Translations under genes and position numbers: made by a program
Shown: positions 23,366 through 34,117 of the stretch, piece after piece
Position numbering within the stretch: position 1 is the first letter of the stretch
Layout: each line of letters begins with the position of its first letter
Notes under the pieces: model-generated
What the model saw: the letters and a program-made list of their open reading frames with translations, nothing else
Databases searched by the model: none
Told to the model about the DNA's origin: nothing
DNA from: a virus
Lineage: Duplodnaviria > Caudoviricetes
Virus record (IMG/VR): IMGVR_UViG_3300044701_000240
Span: 1 to 34,519 of that record
Length of the DNA: 34,519 bases
Reading direction: 5' to 3' (one strand)

Positions 23366-25926
23366 TGGCAGCAGTCACTCAATTTATCCCTACATTTCTT
23401 GGTGGTGTTAGCCGCCAAACAGATACCAAGAAACAACCAGGACAAGTTAATGAAATCCTAAATGGTTACCCTGATCCTACATACGGACTACTAAAGAGGA
23501 ACGGCAGTCAGTTTCTTGGGTTATTGTCTTCCTATGTAAATGATAACTCTGATACCTTGAAGAACGGACATTGGTTTACCGTGTCTCGTGATAACGATGA
23601 AAGGTACATTGGTGTCATCACTACTACTGGTAACATTCGTATTTGGAATACTGTACCACAAAATGCTGGTGGTATTCTAACCTTTACTGAAGCCACGATT
23701 ACTAATAAGACGGCAGCTGATGTAGTTAGTTATCTTACTCCTCCCAATACTACAACTGGGTTGGATGATTTCTATACGTTCTCATATCTTGATCAGACAT
23801 ACATCGTCAATAAAAACAAGACGGTGTTGATGAATGCTAAAACCAACTATTACCTGTATGTACGTGCTACAGTTGTACTAGCTAGCGTTGAGCATGAACG
23901 AGAGTATGCTGTTTGGGTAAACGGTACAAAGTACACGTATAATTCACCAAACAATACTAACACCCTGACTGGTGATATGATCCTCACTGGTCTTAAAACT
24001 GCTTTGGATGCTGGCCTTAGTGCTAACTACACTGTTACCAAATACTCCAATAGCTTGGAGATTGAACGTAATGATGGTCAAACACCATTCACCATTGAGG
24101 TACGCGGTGGTACTGACGGCATTGGACTGACTGTCTACCAAGACGAAGTATCTAGTCCTGCTCGACTTGCTGCTTCTACCAAACCTGGACGTAGGGTAAA
24201 GGTACTTAACTCTGTAGATGAACGTGCTTCCTACTTTGTGAAGTTTGTATCTACTGGCAACAGTCCTGGTGCTAACAACGCTGTTACTGCAGGTTCTGGT
24301 TACTGGGAAGAATCAGTAGGTTGGGATATTGACACTGATCAAAACGGTGTACCAATTGCCACTGCTGGTAAGTATGTAGCTCAGTTAGCTTCCAATGGAC
24401 TGAATGCTGAGACAATGCCTTATAAGCTTGTCAATACTGGTACTAATCAGTTCTCCATCTCCAAGGAAACTTGGTCACCACGTCTCACTGGTAATGACTA
24501 CGGTAACCCTCTACCTTCATTTGTAGGTAGTACGATTAAGTTTGGTCTTATCTACAGCAACCGTTTGATCTTCCTTACGGCAGACACGATTGTTATGAGT
24601 GTGGCGAAAGACTTTGAGAACTTCTTCTTTACCAGTGCTCAAACTGTCTTAGCTTCTGATCCAGTTGACGTTGAAACGTCTAGTACTAGGGTCAGTAATC
24701 TATATTGTGCAGTACCTCAAGCACAAGGCTTGATCCTATTCAGTGAGTATGAGCAGTATCTGCTGTACTCTGAAAGTGGTATCATCTCACCCAGTGATAA
24801 CATTGTCCGTACTATTAGTCAGTACGAAAGTGATCGTAGTGTCTTAGCACAAGACACTGGTGAATTTATTGGGTTTGTTGCTCGTGGTTCTGGCTACTCC
24901 AGGCTACTTGGTATGCAACCACGTGGTAACCTTGAATCAGCTGAGGTAGCAGATATCAGTAAGATTGTTGCTGGGTACCTACCACCTGATGCACAGCGTC
25001 TTACTGTTAATGCTCAGGACTCCCTGCTAGCACTATACAGTAAACAAGCCAATAGCATCTACCTGTATAAGTATTATACCAACGGCAAGGAACAACTGAT
25101 GCAGGCATGGTTCCGATGGAAGATGCCTGATGAAGTACAGATCATGGTAACCATTGATAACTACCTTGTTGTCCTTACTAGGGGTAACGGAGAGTATAAG
25201 GTTAGTTATATTGATCTTGTCCAAGGTGCATTCACTACTACTGAAGTAGATAAAGTATCTCTTCCTGAGGTACGTCTAGACTACAGTTATATTGCTGGTT
25301 CTGCAGGTGCTATTACCTATAATAGTAATACTAACAAATCAACACTACCCCGTACTTATAAGCATATTACTGGCCTCAAGCCAGTAGCTATGACTGTTCC
25401 TACTGTTGCTCCAGGACCATCTACATCTTACTCTAACCTATTTATTCCTACGACACAATCTAATACAACTGTCAACTATGTGATGGATGTAGAGGTTGAT
25501 AACAACGGTAACTGGTTGATTGAAGGTAATTGGGTTGGTAAACAGTTTGACCTAGTAGTAGGGTATGAGTATGATTTCGATATTGAACTACCTCGTTATT
25601 TCTATAAGTCTGATCGTACCGTTGATTGGACGTCTTCTTTGACTATTGCTAGGATCAAATTTGATGTAGGCCTTAGCGGTTCAGTTAACTTCTACATTAA
25701 ACGATTCGGCTCTCCTGAATGGAAGAATACTGTGGGGGTTCAATATGCTGGTTATTATCTAGCCAACAGTTCACCTATTGTAGATAGGACAACTCTTACG
25801 GTACCTATTCATCAAAAGAATACAAACTATGATTTACGAATCAATAGTAACTCACCATTTCCAGTTGCATTTAACAGTATGACATGGGAAGGTAATTACG
25901 CACCACGTTATTATAGGAGGGCTTGA
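23365..25926 (+). CDS. gp12: Tail tubular protein B
   Basis: FLGGVSRQ.D, N.YPDPTYGLLKR, PSFVG, NRLIFL, QAWFRW, WEGNY. Confidence 0.95.
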   Translation: MAAVTQFIPTFLGGVSRQTDTKKQPGQVNEILNGYPDPTYGLLKRNGSQFLGLLSSYVNDNSDTLKNGHWFTVSRDNDERYIGVITTTGNIRIWNTVPQNAGGILTFTEATITNKTAADVVSYLTPPNTTTGLDDFYTFSYLDQTYIVNKNKTVLMNAKTNYYLYVRATVVLASVEHEREYAVWVNGTKYTYNSPNNTNTLTGDMILTGLKTALDAGLSANYTVTKYSNSLEIERNDGQTPFTIEVRGGTDGIGLTVYQDEVSSPARLAASTKPGRRVKVLNSVDERASYFVKFVSTGNSPGANNAVTAGSGYWEESVGWDIDTDQNGVPIATAGKYVAQLASNGLNAETMPYKLVNTGTNQFSISKETWSPRLTGNDYGNPLPSFVGSTIKFGLIYSNRLIFLTADTIVMSVAKDFENFFFTSAQTVLASDPVDVETSSTRVSNLYCAVPQAQGLILFSEYEQYLLYSESGIISPSDNIVRTISQYESDRSVLAQDTGEFIGFVARGSGYSRLLGMQPRGNLESAEVADISKIVAGYLPPDAQRLTVNAQDSLLALYSKQANSIYLYKYYTNGKEQLMQAWFRWKMPDEVQIMVTIDNYLVVLTRGNGEYKVSYIDLVQGAFTTTEVDKVSLPEVRLDYSYIAGSAGAITYNSNTNKSTLPRTYKHITGLKPVAMTVPTVAPGPSTSYSNLFIPTTQSNTTVNYVMDVEVDNNGNWLIEGNWVGKQFDLVVGYEYDFDIELPRYFYKSDRTVDWTSSLTIARIKFDVGLSGSVNFYIKRFGSPEWKNTVGVQYAGYYLANSSPIVDRTTLTVPIHQKNTNYDLRINSNSPFPVAFNSMTWEGNYAPRYYRRA

Positions 25927-27041
25927 TGGAAGTATTTGATCCTGTAAGTCTTGGCATTGGCTTGGTTGGTTCAGCTGTTCAAGGACTTTTTGGAGCCTCT
26001 CAAGCTGATGCTCAAAACCGTGCAGCAGAACGTCAAGCTGAACTTCAACATGAAGCCAATGTAGCCAATTGGAAGTTCAACAAAATTACAGCCAGGCGTC
26101 AAAATAAATACGATAAGCAAAGTGTTAATATTCAACGCTTTAACATTGAAAACAACCTTGCTTATCAAGAGGAGACCGCTAATAGGAATTGGCGCTATCA
26201 GATGCAGATTGGTGCATTTGACTATGCCAATCAACTTCGTGGTTACAACAAGTCACGACAGACTGCTCTCCAGCAACTAGACTATAATAACCTTGCTTAT
26301 GACTTCGCCTTGCAGGACACTGCACGGTGGGAACAAGAGCAGAGTATTATGATGGACTTTGAAGAGTCTACCACCATGCTTGAATATCGCTATGCTCAAC
26401 GTGGAGAAGCGTTGAATATGGCGCAAGCCGAGGCAACTCTTCAACAGTCTCGTGGTATGGGTTTAATTGAAAAGCAACGTGCTTATGTGGAAGGGCTGGA
26501 GCAGGCAGGAGCTGTTCAGGCACGAGGTGGTATGGGCGTTAGTGCAGAGAAAGTAGCACGAGCTTCCATTGCTAAAGTTGGTGCAGCTACTGCTGCTATC
26601 ATTCAGAACGTCTTCAACGCTGAGCAAAACTACTCACTGTCTTCTGAAGCTGTCAATTTGAAGTTGGAACAGATCAATGATAGCTTCTATCTTGATAAAG
26701 CTCAACTTGCTGCTTCACGTGCTAGCCTCGGTAACCAAGCCAAGGTGATGCGTAACCAAGCGATTATGAGTAAGAAGCAGGCAGACCTCAATGCTGTTGC
26801 TAATATAATGCTTGAACCGATGAAGCCTGTTCCTATTCCTGCACCTATTGCTCTGCCGAGACCTGAACTGCAAGATCCTTTGGAGTTTGATAAGAAGCTG
26901 TGGAATAGCATTAGACCTAAGAAAGGTGCTATTGCAACTCAAAGTGCTCTTGGTACAGGTCTTGCATCGTTTGCATCCGGTGCATTTAATGCGGCACTAG
27001 CTAGTTATACGCCTTCTGTACCTAAACCCCCAACAGGCTAA
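25926..27041 (+). CDS. Internal virion protein (gp14-like)
   Basis: N-terminal hydrophobic Gly-rich segment, Gln/Ala coiled coil, synteny. Confidence 0.75.
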   Translation: MEVFDPVSLGIGLVGSAVQGLFGASQADAQNRAAERQAELQHEANVANWKFNKITARRQNKYDKQSVNIQRFNIENNLAYQEETANRNWRYQMQIGAFDYANQLRGYNKSRQTALQQLDYNNLAYDFALQDTARWEQEQSIMMDFEESTTMLEYRYAQRGEALNMAQAEATLQQSRGMGLIEKQRAYVEGLEQAGAVQARGGMGVSAEKVARASIAKVGAATAAIIQNVFNAEQNYSLSSEAVNLKLEQINDSFYLDKAQLAASRASLGNQAKVMRNQAIMSKKQADLNAVANIMLEPMKPVPIPAPIALPRPELQDPLEFDKKLWNSIRPKKGAIATQSALGTGLASFASGAFNAALASYTPSVPKPPTG

Positions 27042-27046
27042 TAACT

Positions 27047-30000
27047 ATGGCTAAATTTAAAAGTTATGCTAGTCCGGGTGAGTTTAACCCTATTAAAGTT
27101 CCGGACCAAACAGATAAGTACATAGATCAAGGTCGGCGCTTGATGCAGTCTATGCAGAAGGCACAAGAGTTTGATCTGAACAATAGGGATAGGTATCTAA
27201 CTGCTATGCAAAATACGCAGCAGTTGGAGAAGAGTAATCGGGATATGATCTTCAAACAAGATCAGGATAACCGAGCACGTGTTCAAGATCAAATCAATCA
27301 GAACTACGAACAAACTATTCGTAGTGCTGAGACTGAAGGAAGGAATGAGCTGAATACATTGAAGGCTCTTTCTTCATTTTCTGAGACTGCTTTCAAGGCT
27401 GTTAATGAAGTCTATCAGAAACGTGAGGAAGGCATTAAGCTTGGTGTACAGCAGTCGTTGTATGCGCTAGGTAACCCAAGCCTTAAGACGCTACAAGAGA
27501 TCCATAAACTTAACCGAAATTTAACGGATCAAGAGTTATCTGAAAATCAGTACGTCAAAGCGCTTATTAACTCTGGCGGCTCTATTCAAGATATCCGATA
27601 TCTGATAAAACATAGTAATGCTAAGTATTGGGCTGATAACCGCCAACTTGCTGAAAGTATTGGTTCTGGTCACGGTAACTATTTCAACGAGAATCAAGAT
27701 ACCAAATTCAAAGTAGGTGGTGATCAAGAGCTTAGCTACGCAGAAGCGCGGCGTTCTAACAATATTGAAGCTCAGCAAACTATTATTTCTCAAATCAGAG
27801 CTAACTATTTGAGAGAATCTGGAGCGCTTAATATAGCTCCTCAAGTAGCAGCTGCCTATATTCATCCTGCAATTAGAGCATTTGAGACTCAGTTGACTGC
27901 TGCCAGTAACGCTGAGTTCAGAAAAGCAGCTGAAAAGCTTGCAGATGATAATATTGTCCGTGGCTATCATAACATGATTACCACAGATGGTGCTGCTGCT
28001 GCTGTTAATTATGTATCTACTAAACCATCAGGTGTACAACGAGAGGTTGCAAAGGCTGATCTTTTGCGTTACTACGCATTAGCTGCAGAAAGTGATGATT
28101 GGCAGCAAGGACTAACTAATTGGCAAGAAACTCTTGATACGCCTATTAGACTCGATGATGGTACCATAACTACATTTCGAAAATTTAACGAACGCGATCA
28201 AGGGACTATTGCAGTCACACGTGCCTTTGATAATGCTAGAAAACGTGCTCTAGACTCAATCAATCTGCAAGAGACTGAAACTAAAGTTGAGTACGATCAG
28301 GCCGCAAAGGATTTAGCGCAAATTCTGAAAAACAATCCGAATGGATTTACAGAGGCAGACGGTGAGGCAGCTCAGGAACGCCTTAATGAAATGTTCAAAG
28401 GTAGGGTTACGCCAGGCACACGTAGTGACATTCTTGATAATCTCATTAAGAATGAGTCTACCAATGCACTATACCGGGAAAAGTTAGATAAAAAACTGAA
28501 AGCATTAGCAGATGTTGGCCTACTGACTACTGAACGGATGGAGGCAATGGGTATCCCTGGTACCGTTGCAGCCAAATGGAGGAATATTGCTGAGGCTACA
28601 CGTGCTGACCGTCAAGCCAACAGTAACTTCAAACCGCAGATGGATGCCTTGGCTGCTCTAGCTAAGTCTCCCCCGACTATTCAGGCTAAACCTGACGGTA
28701 CTTACCATTGGAGTGTTCCTCTAATGACTCAGTACTTGCAGAATAAATTCCTGACTAAATACTCACAACTGAAAGCAGCTGGTGATCCTAATGCTGTATC
28801 GGCTGCGCTATCCTTTGTTCAACAAGAGTTCGCAGCACAAGCTAAGAATCCTAAGTTCTTCTCTACAGATAGCACTAATCTTGGTGGTTACGCAGCATTT
28901 ACACGAACTGCAAAACCTTCTTCAGCTTCTACTGCCCGTATGCAGTGGGTTGAAGGTAGTATCTCTAGGCTTGGTACAAAGGCATTAGATAGCAACGGTT
29001 CTATCTTTACAATCTCAGAACTCAATTCAATTGAGCAACAGATGCAAAAACCTGGATTCAAAATGGATCCAATGGCTGAGTATGTTGGTAGGTTGTTTGG
29101 TGTTGATCCACTTACTGTTATTAACCGTCAACGGTTGGCAGCTGGTAAGAAGGCTGTTCAATTGCCTGAAGCTAGGGCATCGTTTAGCACAACGGTTAGT
29201 CCAATACTTCAACGTCAACTAGATACTTATCAGACACCTTCACTGTCTACCCGTGCAATGGCAACTACTAGAACCTTTAACCCTGGACTTATTCCTAAGG
29301 GTTATGGTCCGATGGTTGTAGAGGCAGCTCAGAAGGCTGGTATCAATCCTGCATTCGTTGCTGCATTTGCTGAAGCTGAGAACACTAATTGGGACACTAA
29401 TGCTCTATCAATGGGTGGTGCTGCAGCGGGTGTTGGTCTTATGCAACTCAGTCAAGAGTTTCATGGTCCTGGTGCTACTCGTGCTGAACGTGAACGTGCG
29501 CTTAAGGATCCACGTCTTAACCTAACTCTTGGTGCTGGTATTTTGTCTGGTATCTACAAAAAGTACGGTAACTGGAAGGATACAGTTTATGTGTGGAACA
29601 TGGGTGAAACTGGCTTTAAGAGTTGGGTAGATGCAGGTAGACCTAATACCAGACAATCAAACTATGCAAAAGGTTTATACGAACGCTTTGAAAAAGCACG
29701 CGCTAAATATGGCGATGTGTCTGCATTAAGAAGTGGCGGGACTATGCGCCCTAGTATGCAACGGTATGGTGCTACAAGTTTTGAGAGACCCTCTTCTATT
29801 AACTTTGAGTCAGCCAGTGGTCAGCCTGGTGTAGATCTTTTCTTTGAAAGTAAAAGATTTCCAGCCGTACTTGGTGGTGTAGTTAAAGATGTAAGCCGCG
29901 AGCCTGGCTACGGTAATTATGTAGTTATTGAGTCTGTCGATCCACTGACGGGTCAAAAGGTGGATGTTCTTTATGGACACCTGGCAGATGGTGTAACATT

Positions 30001-30190
30001 ACGTCCTGGCCAACAAGTTGGCGCGGGTGATATTATCGGTACTCAAGGTGGTACAGGTAATGTACGTTCAGCTGATGGCACCATCGCTTCTATTGACTTT
30101 CTAGCCCCAGCTCCTAGGGGTAGCAAGAGTATGGCACCTTATTCTGGATTTGACAACCTTCGCCGTTATGTAGTTCAACAGTTTCAATAA
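27047..30190 (+). CDS. Internal virion protein (gp15-like) with SLT transglycosylase and degenerate M23 domains
   Basis: SLT: AAQKAGINP...EAE...GLMQL...DPRLNL..GA...WNMG; M23-like: GVD...GYGNYVVI...YGHL...GQQV.AGDIIG.QGGTG. Confidence 0.85.
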   Translation: MAKFKSYASPGEFNPIKVPDQTDKYIDQGRRLMQSMQKAQEFDLNNRDRYLTAMQNTQQLEKSNRDMIFKQDQDNRARVQDQINQNYEQTIRSAETEGRNELNTLKALSSFSETAFKAVNEVYQKREEGIKLGVQQSLYALGNPSLKTLQEIHKLNRNLTDQELSENQYVKALINSGGSIQDIRYLIKHSNAKYWADNRQLAESIGSGHGNYFNENQDTKFKVGGDQELSYAEARRSNNIEAQQTIISQIRANYLRESGALNIAPQVAAAYIHPAIRAFETQLTAASNAEFRKAAEKLADDNIVRGYHNMITTDGAAAAVNYVSTKPSGVQREVAKADLLRYYALAAESDDWQQGLTNWQETLDTPIRLDDGTITTFRKFNERDQGTIAVTRAFDNARKRALDSINLQETETKVEYDQAAKDLAQILKNNPNGFTEADGEAAQERLNEMFKGRVTPGTRSDILDNLIKNESTNALYREKLDKKLKALADVGLLTTERMEAMGIPGTVAAKWRNIAEATRADRQANSNFKPQMDALAALAKSPPTIQAKPDGTYHWSVPLMTQYLQNKFLTKYSQLKAAGDPNAVSAALSFVQQEFAAQAKNPKFFSTDSTNLGGYAAFTRTAKPSSASTARMQWVEGSISRLGTKALDSNGSIFTISELNSIEQQMQKPGFKMDPMAEYVGRLFGVDPLTVINRQRLAAGKKAVQLPEARASFSTTVSPILQRQLDTYQTPSLSTRAMATTRTFNPGLIPKGYGPMVVEAAQKAGINPAFVAAFAEAENTNWDTNALSMGGAAAGVGLMQLSQEFHGPGATRAERERALKDPRLNLTLGAGILSGIYKKYGNWKDTVYVWNMGETGFKSWVDAGRPNTRQSNYAKGLYERFEKARAKYGDVSALRSGGTMRPSMQRYGATSFERPSSINFESASGQPGVDLFFESKRFPAVLGGVVKDVSREPGYGNYVVIESVDPLTGQKVDVLYGHLADGVTLRPGQQVGAGDIIGTQGGTGNVRSADGTIASIDFLAPAPRGSKSMAPYSGFDNLRRYVVQQFQ

Positions 30191-30205
30191 TAACTGAACA
30201 CGACA

Positions 30206-33200
30206 ATGAATGAAGACGATCTCATGCAAGGGGTCCTGTATGGTACGCCAGACATGACGGTTGAAGAGGAGCAAATGCTTCGGATGCAAGCTGAGCAAAA
30301 TGCTAGGGACATGTCCATTATGGAAAGCATGTCCCGTCAGCAAGCAATCCAACAGGAGCTTGCTCCCACTCAACCTCAGGGAACCCAGCAACAACCGACT
30401 AAACCTACGGGTCAAGGTCAACAACAAGGTAAGGATAGAAATATCCTTCAACAAACATTTGATGTACTATCAGCGCCTGGTCAAGGTCTTAATGATTGGT
30501 TCGTTGATACCATTAATTTGCTTCCCGGTGTTGAGCTAAAGAAAGCACCAAAGTTCCAAAACGATATCACACAAGGTCTTAGGGAAGTCAGTAGTGTTGC
30601 TCTACCTACTATTTTTCTAACCAAAGGATTGGGCAGTGGTTTTCAAGCGGCTGCTACTGCTAGTCGTGTTAAACTATTCAATGATCCATTTCTTAAGTTC
30701 CTAGCACCAAAGATGCTTGGTGCTGGTGTTGGTGCTGGTGTTGATTATGCAGTTGAAATCAATCAAACTGATGACAACCTTAGTGGTGCATTAAAGAAAT
30801 CATTTCCAGCTCAATTTGGTTGGATTCCTGATGATGTAGCCACACTTGATACTGATAGTCCTGACCTTAAACGCCAGAAGAATGTAACTGAAGGTGTAGG
30901 TCTTGGTCTCTTTGTAGACTTTGCTGAAGGTGTTGGTAAAATTGTCAAAGGTATCCGTGGTGTTGTACGTTCTACTCAATGGGTACCTGAGTCTGAGAAG
31001 GCCTCACAGTGGTTTGCAAAGAACATGAGTGTGGACCTAGGCGATGACATCGAGGGGGCCATTGCAGCGTCTTCTGGACGCCGCTCAGACGCTTTAGACG
31101 AGCTAGGTGAATACAACTTCTCAAAGAACACAAACCTGGATGAACCAAAGCTTGGTATCCATGATCTTTATGGGTATGAGGAATCAGGCATTCGTTCAGT
31201 AGATGAGCTTGGTGTTGTTGGTGCATCAGTAGATGCAGTACGTGTCGCCAAAAATATCGACAGTGTTTACGGTAGGGTTGGTAGTGTTATCTCCGAACCT
31301 GCACTTAAGTTTGGTCTTGATGTTCCTGGTGGCCAAGAAGCAATTATTCGTGGTATTGCTGAACAGCTGAAAGAAGCTGGTGAATATGGCTATAAGACTG
31401 CTTCCGGTCGTTACATCTCCCACAAAGAGATCATGCAGGTTGGTGAAGACCTTGCCTTTGATTTCTATAAAATGGATACCCCACAACTCCAACAAGAGTT
31501 GAAGAAGTGGCAAGGTGTTGACGTTGATACTGGTGCTCCTGTACTGAAAAGTGAAGCTTATGCTGCTGTCTTTAAGACAATCAATAAGCTGATGGATGAC
31601 TACGCTAACATGGATGTTATGCGTGCTCAGGCATATGTTGGTACATCATTTGCTGGTCAGGTTTCTGACATGGCTCAAGGTGTACGTCTTATGGATGGTA
31701 CAGCAGCAGTTGAACGTGCTGAGGAACAGATCCTTGATAGGCTTGAATTCTTGATGGCTCAAAAAGGTATGACTTCTTATTCAAGGGGTCGTGCTTTGAA
31801 TATGTTGAACTTGTGGAATAGGTTGACTGCAAAAGGGAGCGATGCTGCCGATGCTGCCTACGCTACTCGTGTTAACAATGCCATTAAAAATGAAGAGAAC
31901 GCTACTCTTCAAGCTATTGAAAAGATCAAAGCAGACGCTAAGCAAACCATTAACACTTTGCGTGAGATTAAAGACCAACGTCCAGAGATGTTGGCACCAC
32001 TTATGATGGCATATGAGTTTACTGATGGTAAGGTTGATACAGTCTCTAAGCTGAACAACTATGTCAGGAACTCTCTTGGTGTGTTCTCCAAAGCCTTCTT
32101 TGATGGTGAGCCTAATATTCCGTCAGCAGTGCTGCGTGGATTCTGGTCTAATGTTTATAACTCTACGTTGTCCGCCATTGGAACACCAATTAAAGCTGGT
32201 GTATCAAACATTGCTTTGCTTGCTGAACGCCCACTTTCACAAGCTGCTGGTGCCGTAATTAACGGCGATACAAAAGCCTTTAAAAAAGGTTGGTATCAAT
32301 ATGCAGCAGCATGGGATACGCTTACCAAAGGTCTTGGTTATATGAACCAAGTCTTCAGGCGTTCTGCTTCTGATCCATATGTCATGGCTCTTAAGGAGGA
32401 CATGGGTGTTGCAGAAGATAAGCAAATTGAACTACTTAAAGCATTCGCTGACGCTAAGGCACAGGAAGGTGAATACGGTCCTCAAGTGATGATGTCGATT
32501 GTTGAAGCACAGAATGATCTTGCTCAACATCCTTGGCTACGCTTTGGACAACGAGGTATGCAAGCATTTGATGGCTTTACACAAGCTGTTATTGCTAACT
32601 GGGAAGCACGTGGTAGAGCTTGGGATCAGGTCACTAAAGGTGGTGTACTGCCGCTAGATACCAAGGCATCCAATGCACTGTCTAAACAAATCTATTCAGC
32701 AATGTTTGATGAAGACGATAACATTACTGATACTGCAGTGCGTTTTGCTTCTGGTGAAATTGCAATGAGTCTGGACAATCCAGCTAATGATGCGTTGTCT
32801 GGTCTTCTTCGTACTGCCCCTATTCTCAAGCCATTCCTGCTGTTTACTAAGACACCCCTTAACATGGCTCAGTACTTCGGTACTCATAATCCTGTTGGTG
32901 TTTTCTTGGATCAAGTCAACGCATTTGATCGTAAGTTTGCTGAGATGAGTGGAGAAGAAGTAGAGCAACTACTGTCTTCTCGTGGCATTGACTACAGCAT
33001 GGAAAACATTGAAAGTGTGTATAACACTGTTCGTGCTGAACTGAAGGGGCGTAAGGCTATTGGTACGCTAGCTGTCATGAGTGCTGTTGGCATGTTCATG
33101 AGCGATAATATCACTGGTGATGGCCTTTATGATAAAGAGAAGCAACGCCTTCGTAGAGATGCTGATTGGAAACCACGTTCGATTAGACTACCTGGTGGTA

Positions 33201-34105
33201 GTTGGGTGAGTTATGACGGTATTCCAGGTGTTAGCGATTGGGTAGCACTCACTGTTAACATCATGGATAACTTTGATTCGCTGAACTCTGCTGAGTTGGC
33301 TGAGAACCTACGTGCTGCAGGTTTTGTCCTTAGTGCTACTATTACTGACAAATCAATGCTGGCTGCCCTTGAACCATTGAATGATGTGGTTCGTGGTGAT
33401 GTTGGTGCAATTAACCGTTGGACATCCTCCTTTGCTACAGCTGCTGCAATGCCTGGTTCTAGCCTAATGGCTGAATTCGCAAGGCTGCTGTCTCCTGCTA
33501 AAAAAGAACTAGAGAATAATTTCTTTGACCTTGTAGCTAACCGTAATCCAATTGGTAAACAGACTCTTCCTGATGCAGCTGATTGGATTGATGGTGGTAA
33601 AGTTGGTGAACCTCCCAACTTCTTTGCTCGTGTTTGGAATACCTATCTACCGTGGAAGGTGAGCGGCTCTATTAGTCCTGAGAAGCAATTCCTGATGGAC
33701 ATTGAATATGATGCACGTCCAAGCCTCCAAACCAACGGTAGGGGTGTTGAATATAGTGGAGATGAGCGGGCTGAAGTTACCAGCATGATGGGTAAACAGG
33801 GTATCTTTAAACGAGAAATCCAACGTATCATGCAGACACAAGATGGTAAGGAGTTCCGTAAAGAGTTTAAAAAAGCACGAGAACTGGGTCTACAACCTGA
33901 TGTAGAGAAGTTCAAGAATATTCACTTGTATCTTGATACAGCACTACGTTCATCCATGCGTTATGCTGAATCACAGATCTCAACACGTGATAAGATCCAA
34001 CAAAAGGTTTACAAGAACCAAACTGTTGAGAGCTTCCTTCAGGTGGGTGATATCGACGGTGCCAAACAGTTCCTCGATAACATGAAGCAAACAATGTCCT
34101 ATTGA
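30206..34105 (+). CDS. Internal virion protein (gp16-like)
   Basis: 1299 aa, synteny before the tail fibre, PFLLFTKTPLN motif. Confidence 0.85.
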   Translation: MNEDDLMQGVLYGTPDMTVEEEQMLRMQAEQNARDMSIMESMSRQQAIQQELAPTQPQGTQQQPTKPTGQGQQQGKDRNILQQTFDVLSAPGQGLNDWFVDTINLLPGVELKKAPKFQNDITQGLREVSSVALPTIFLTKGLGSGFQAAATASRVKLFNDPFLKFLAPKMLGAGVGAGVDYAVEINQTDDNLSGALKKSFPAQFGWIPDDVATLDTDSPDLKRQKNVTEGVGLGLFVDFAEGVGKIVKGIRGVVRSTQWVPESEKASQWFAKNMSVDLGDDIEGAIAASSGRRSDALDELGEYNFSKNTNLDEPKLGIHDLYGYEESGIRSVDELGVVGASVDAVRVAKNIDSVYGRVGSVISEPALKFGLDVPGGQEAIIRGIAEQLKEAGEYGYKTASGRYISHKEIMQVGEDLAFDFYKMDTPQLQQELKKWQGVDVDTGAPVLKSEAYAAVFKTINKLMDDYANMDVMRAQAYVGTSFAGQVSDMAQGVRLMDGTAAVERAEEQILDRLEFLMAQKGMTSYSRGRALNMLNLWNRLTAKGSDAADAAYATRVNNAIKNEENATLQAIEKIKADAKQTINTLREIKDQRPEMLAPLMMAYEFTDGKVDTVSKLNNYVRNSLGVFSKAFFDGEPNIPSAVLRGFWSNVYNSTLSAIGTPIKAGVSNIALLAERPLSQAAGAVINGDTKAFKKGWYQYAAAWDTLTKGLGYMNQVFRRSASDPYVMALKEDMGVAEDKQIELLKAFADAKAQEGEYGPQVMMSIVEAQNDLAQHPWLRFGQRGMQAFDGFTQAVIANWEARGRAWDQVTKGGVLPLDTKASNALSKQIYSAMFDEDDNITDTAVRFASGEIAMSLDNPANDALSGLLRTAPILKPFLLFTKTPLNMAQYFGTHNPVGVFLDQVNAFDRKFAEMSGEEVEQLLSSRGIDYSMENIESVYNTVRAELKGRKAIGTLAVMSAVGMFMSDNITGDGLYDKEKQRLRRDADWKPRSIRLPGGSWVSYDGIPGVSDWVALTVNIMDNFDSLNSAELAENLRAAGFVLSATITDKSMLAALEPLNDVVRGDVGAINRWTSSFATAAAMPGSSLMAEFARLLSPAKKELENNFFDLVANRNPIGKQTLPDAADWIDGGKVGEPPNFFARVWNTYLPWKVSGSISPEKQFLMDIEYDARPSLQTNGRGVEYSGDERAEVTSMMGKQGIFKREIQRIMQTQDGKEFRKEFKKARELGLQPDVEKFKNIHLYLDTALRSSMRYAESQISTRDKIQQKVYKNQTVESFLQVGDIDGAKQFLDNMKQTMSY

Positions 34106-34117
34106 TCGTTTTAAGCG

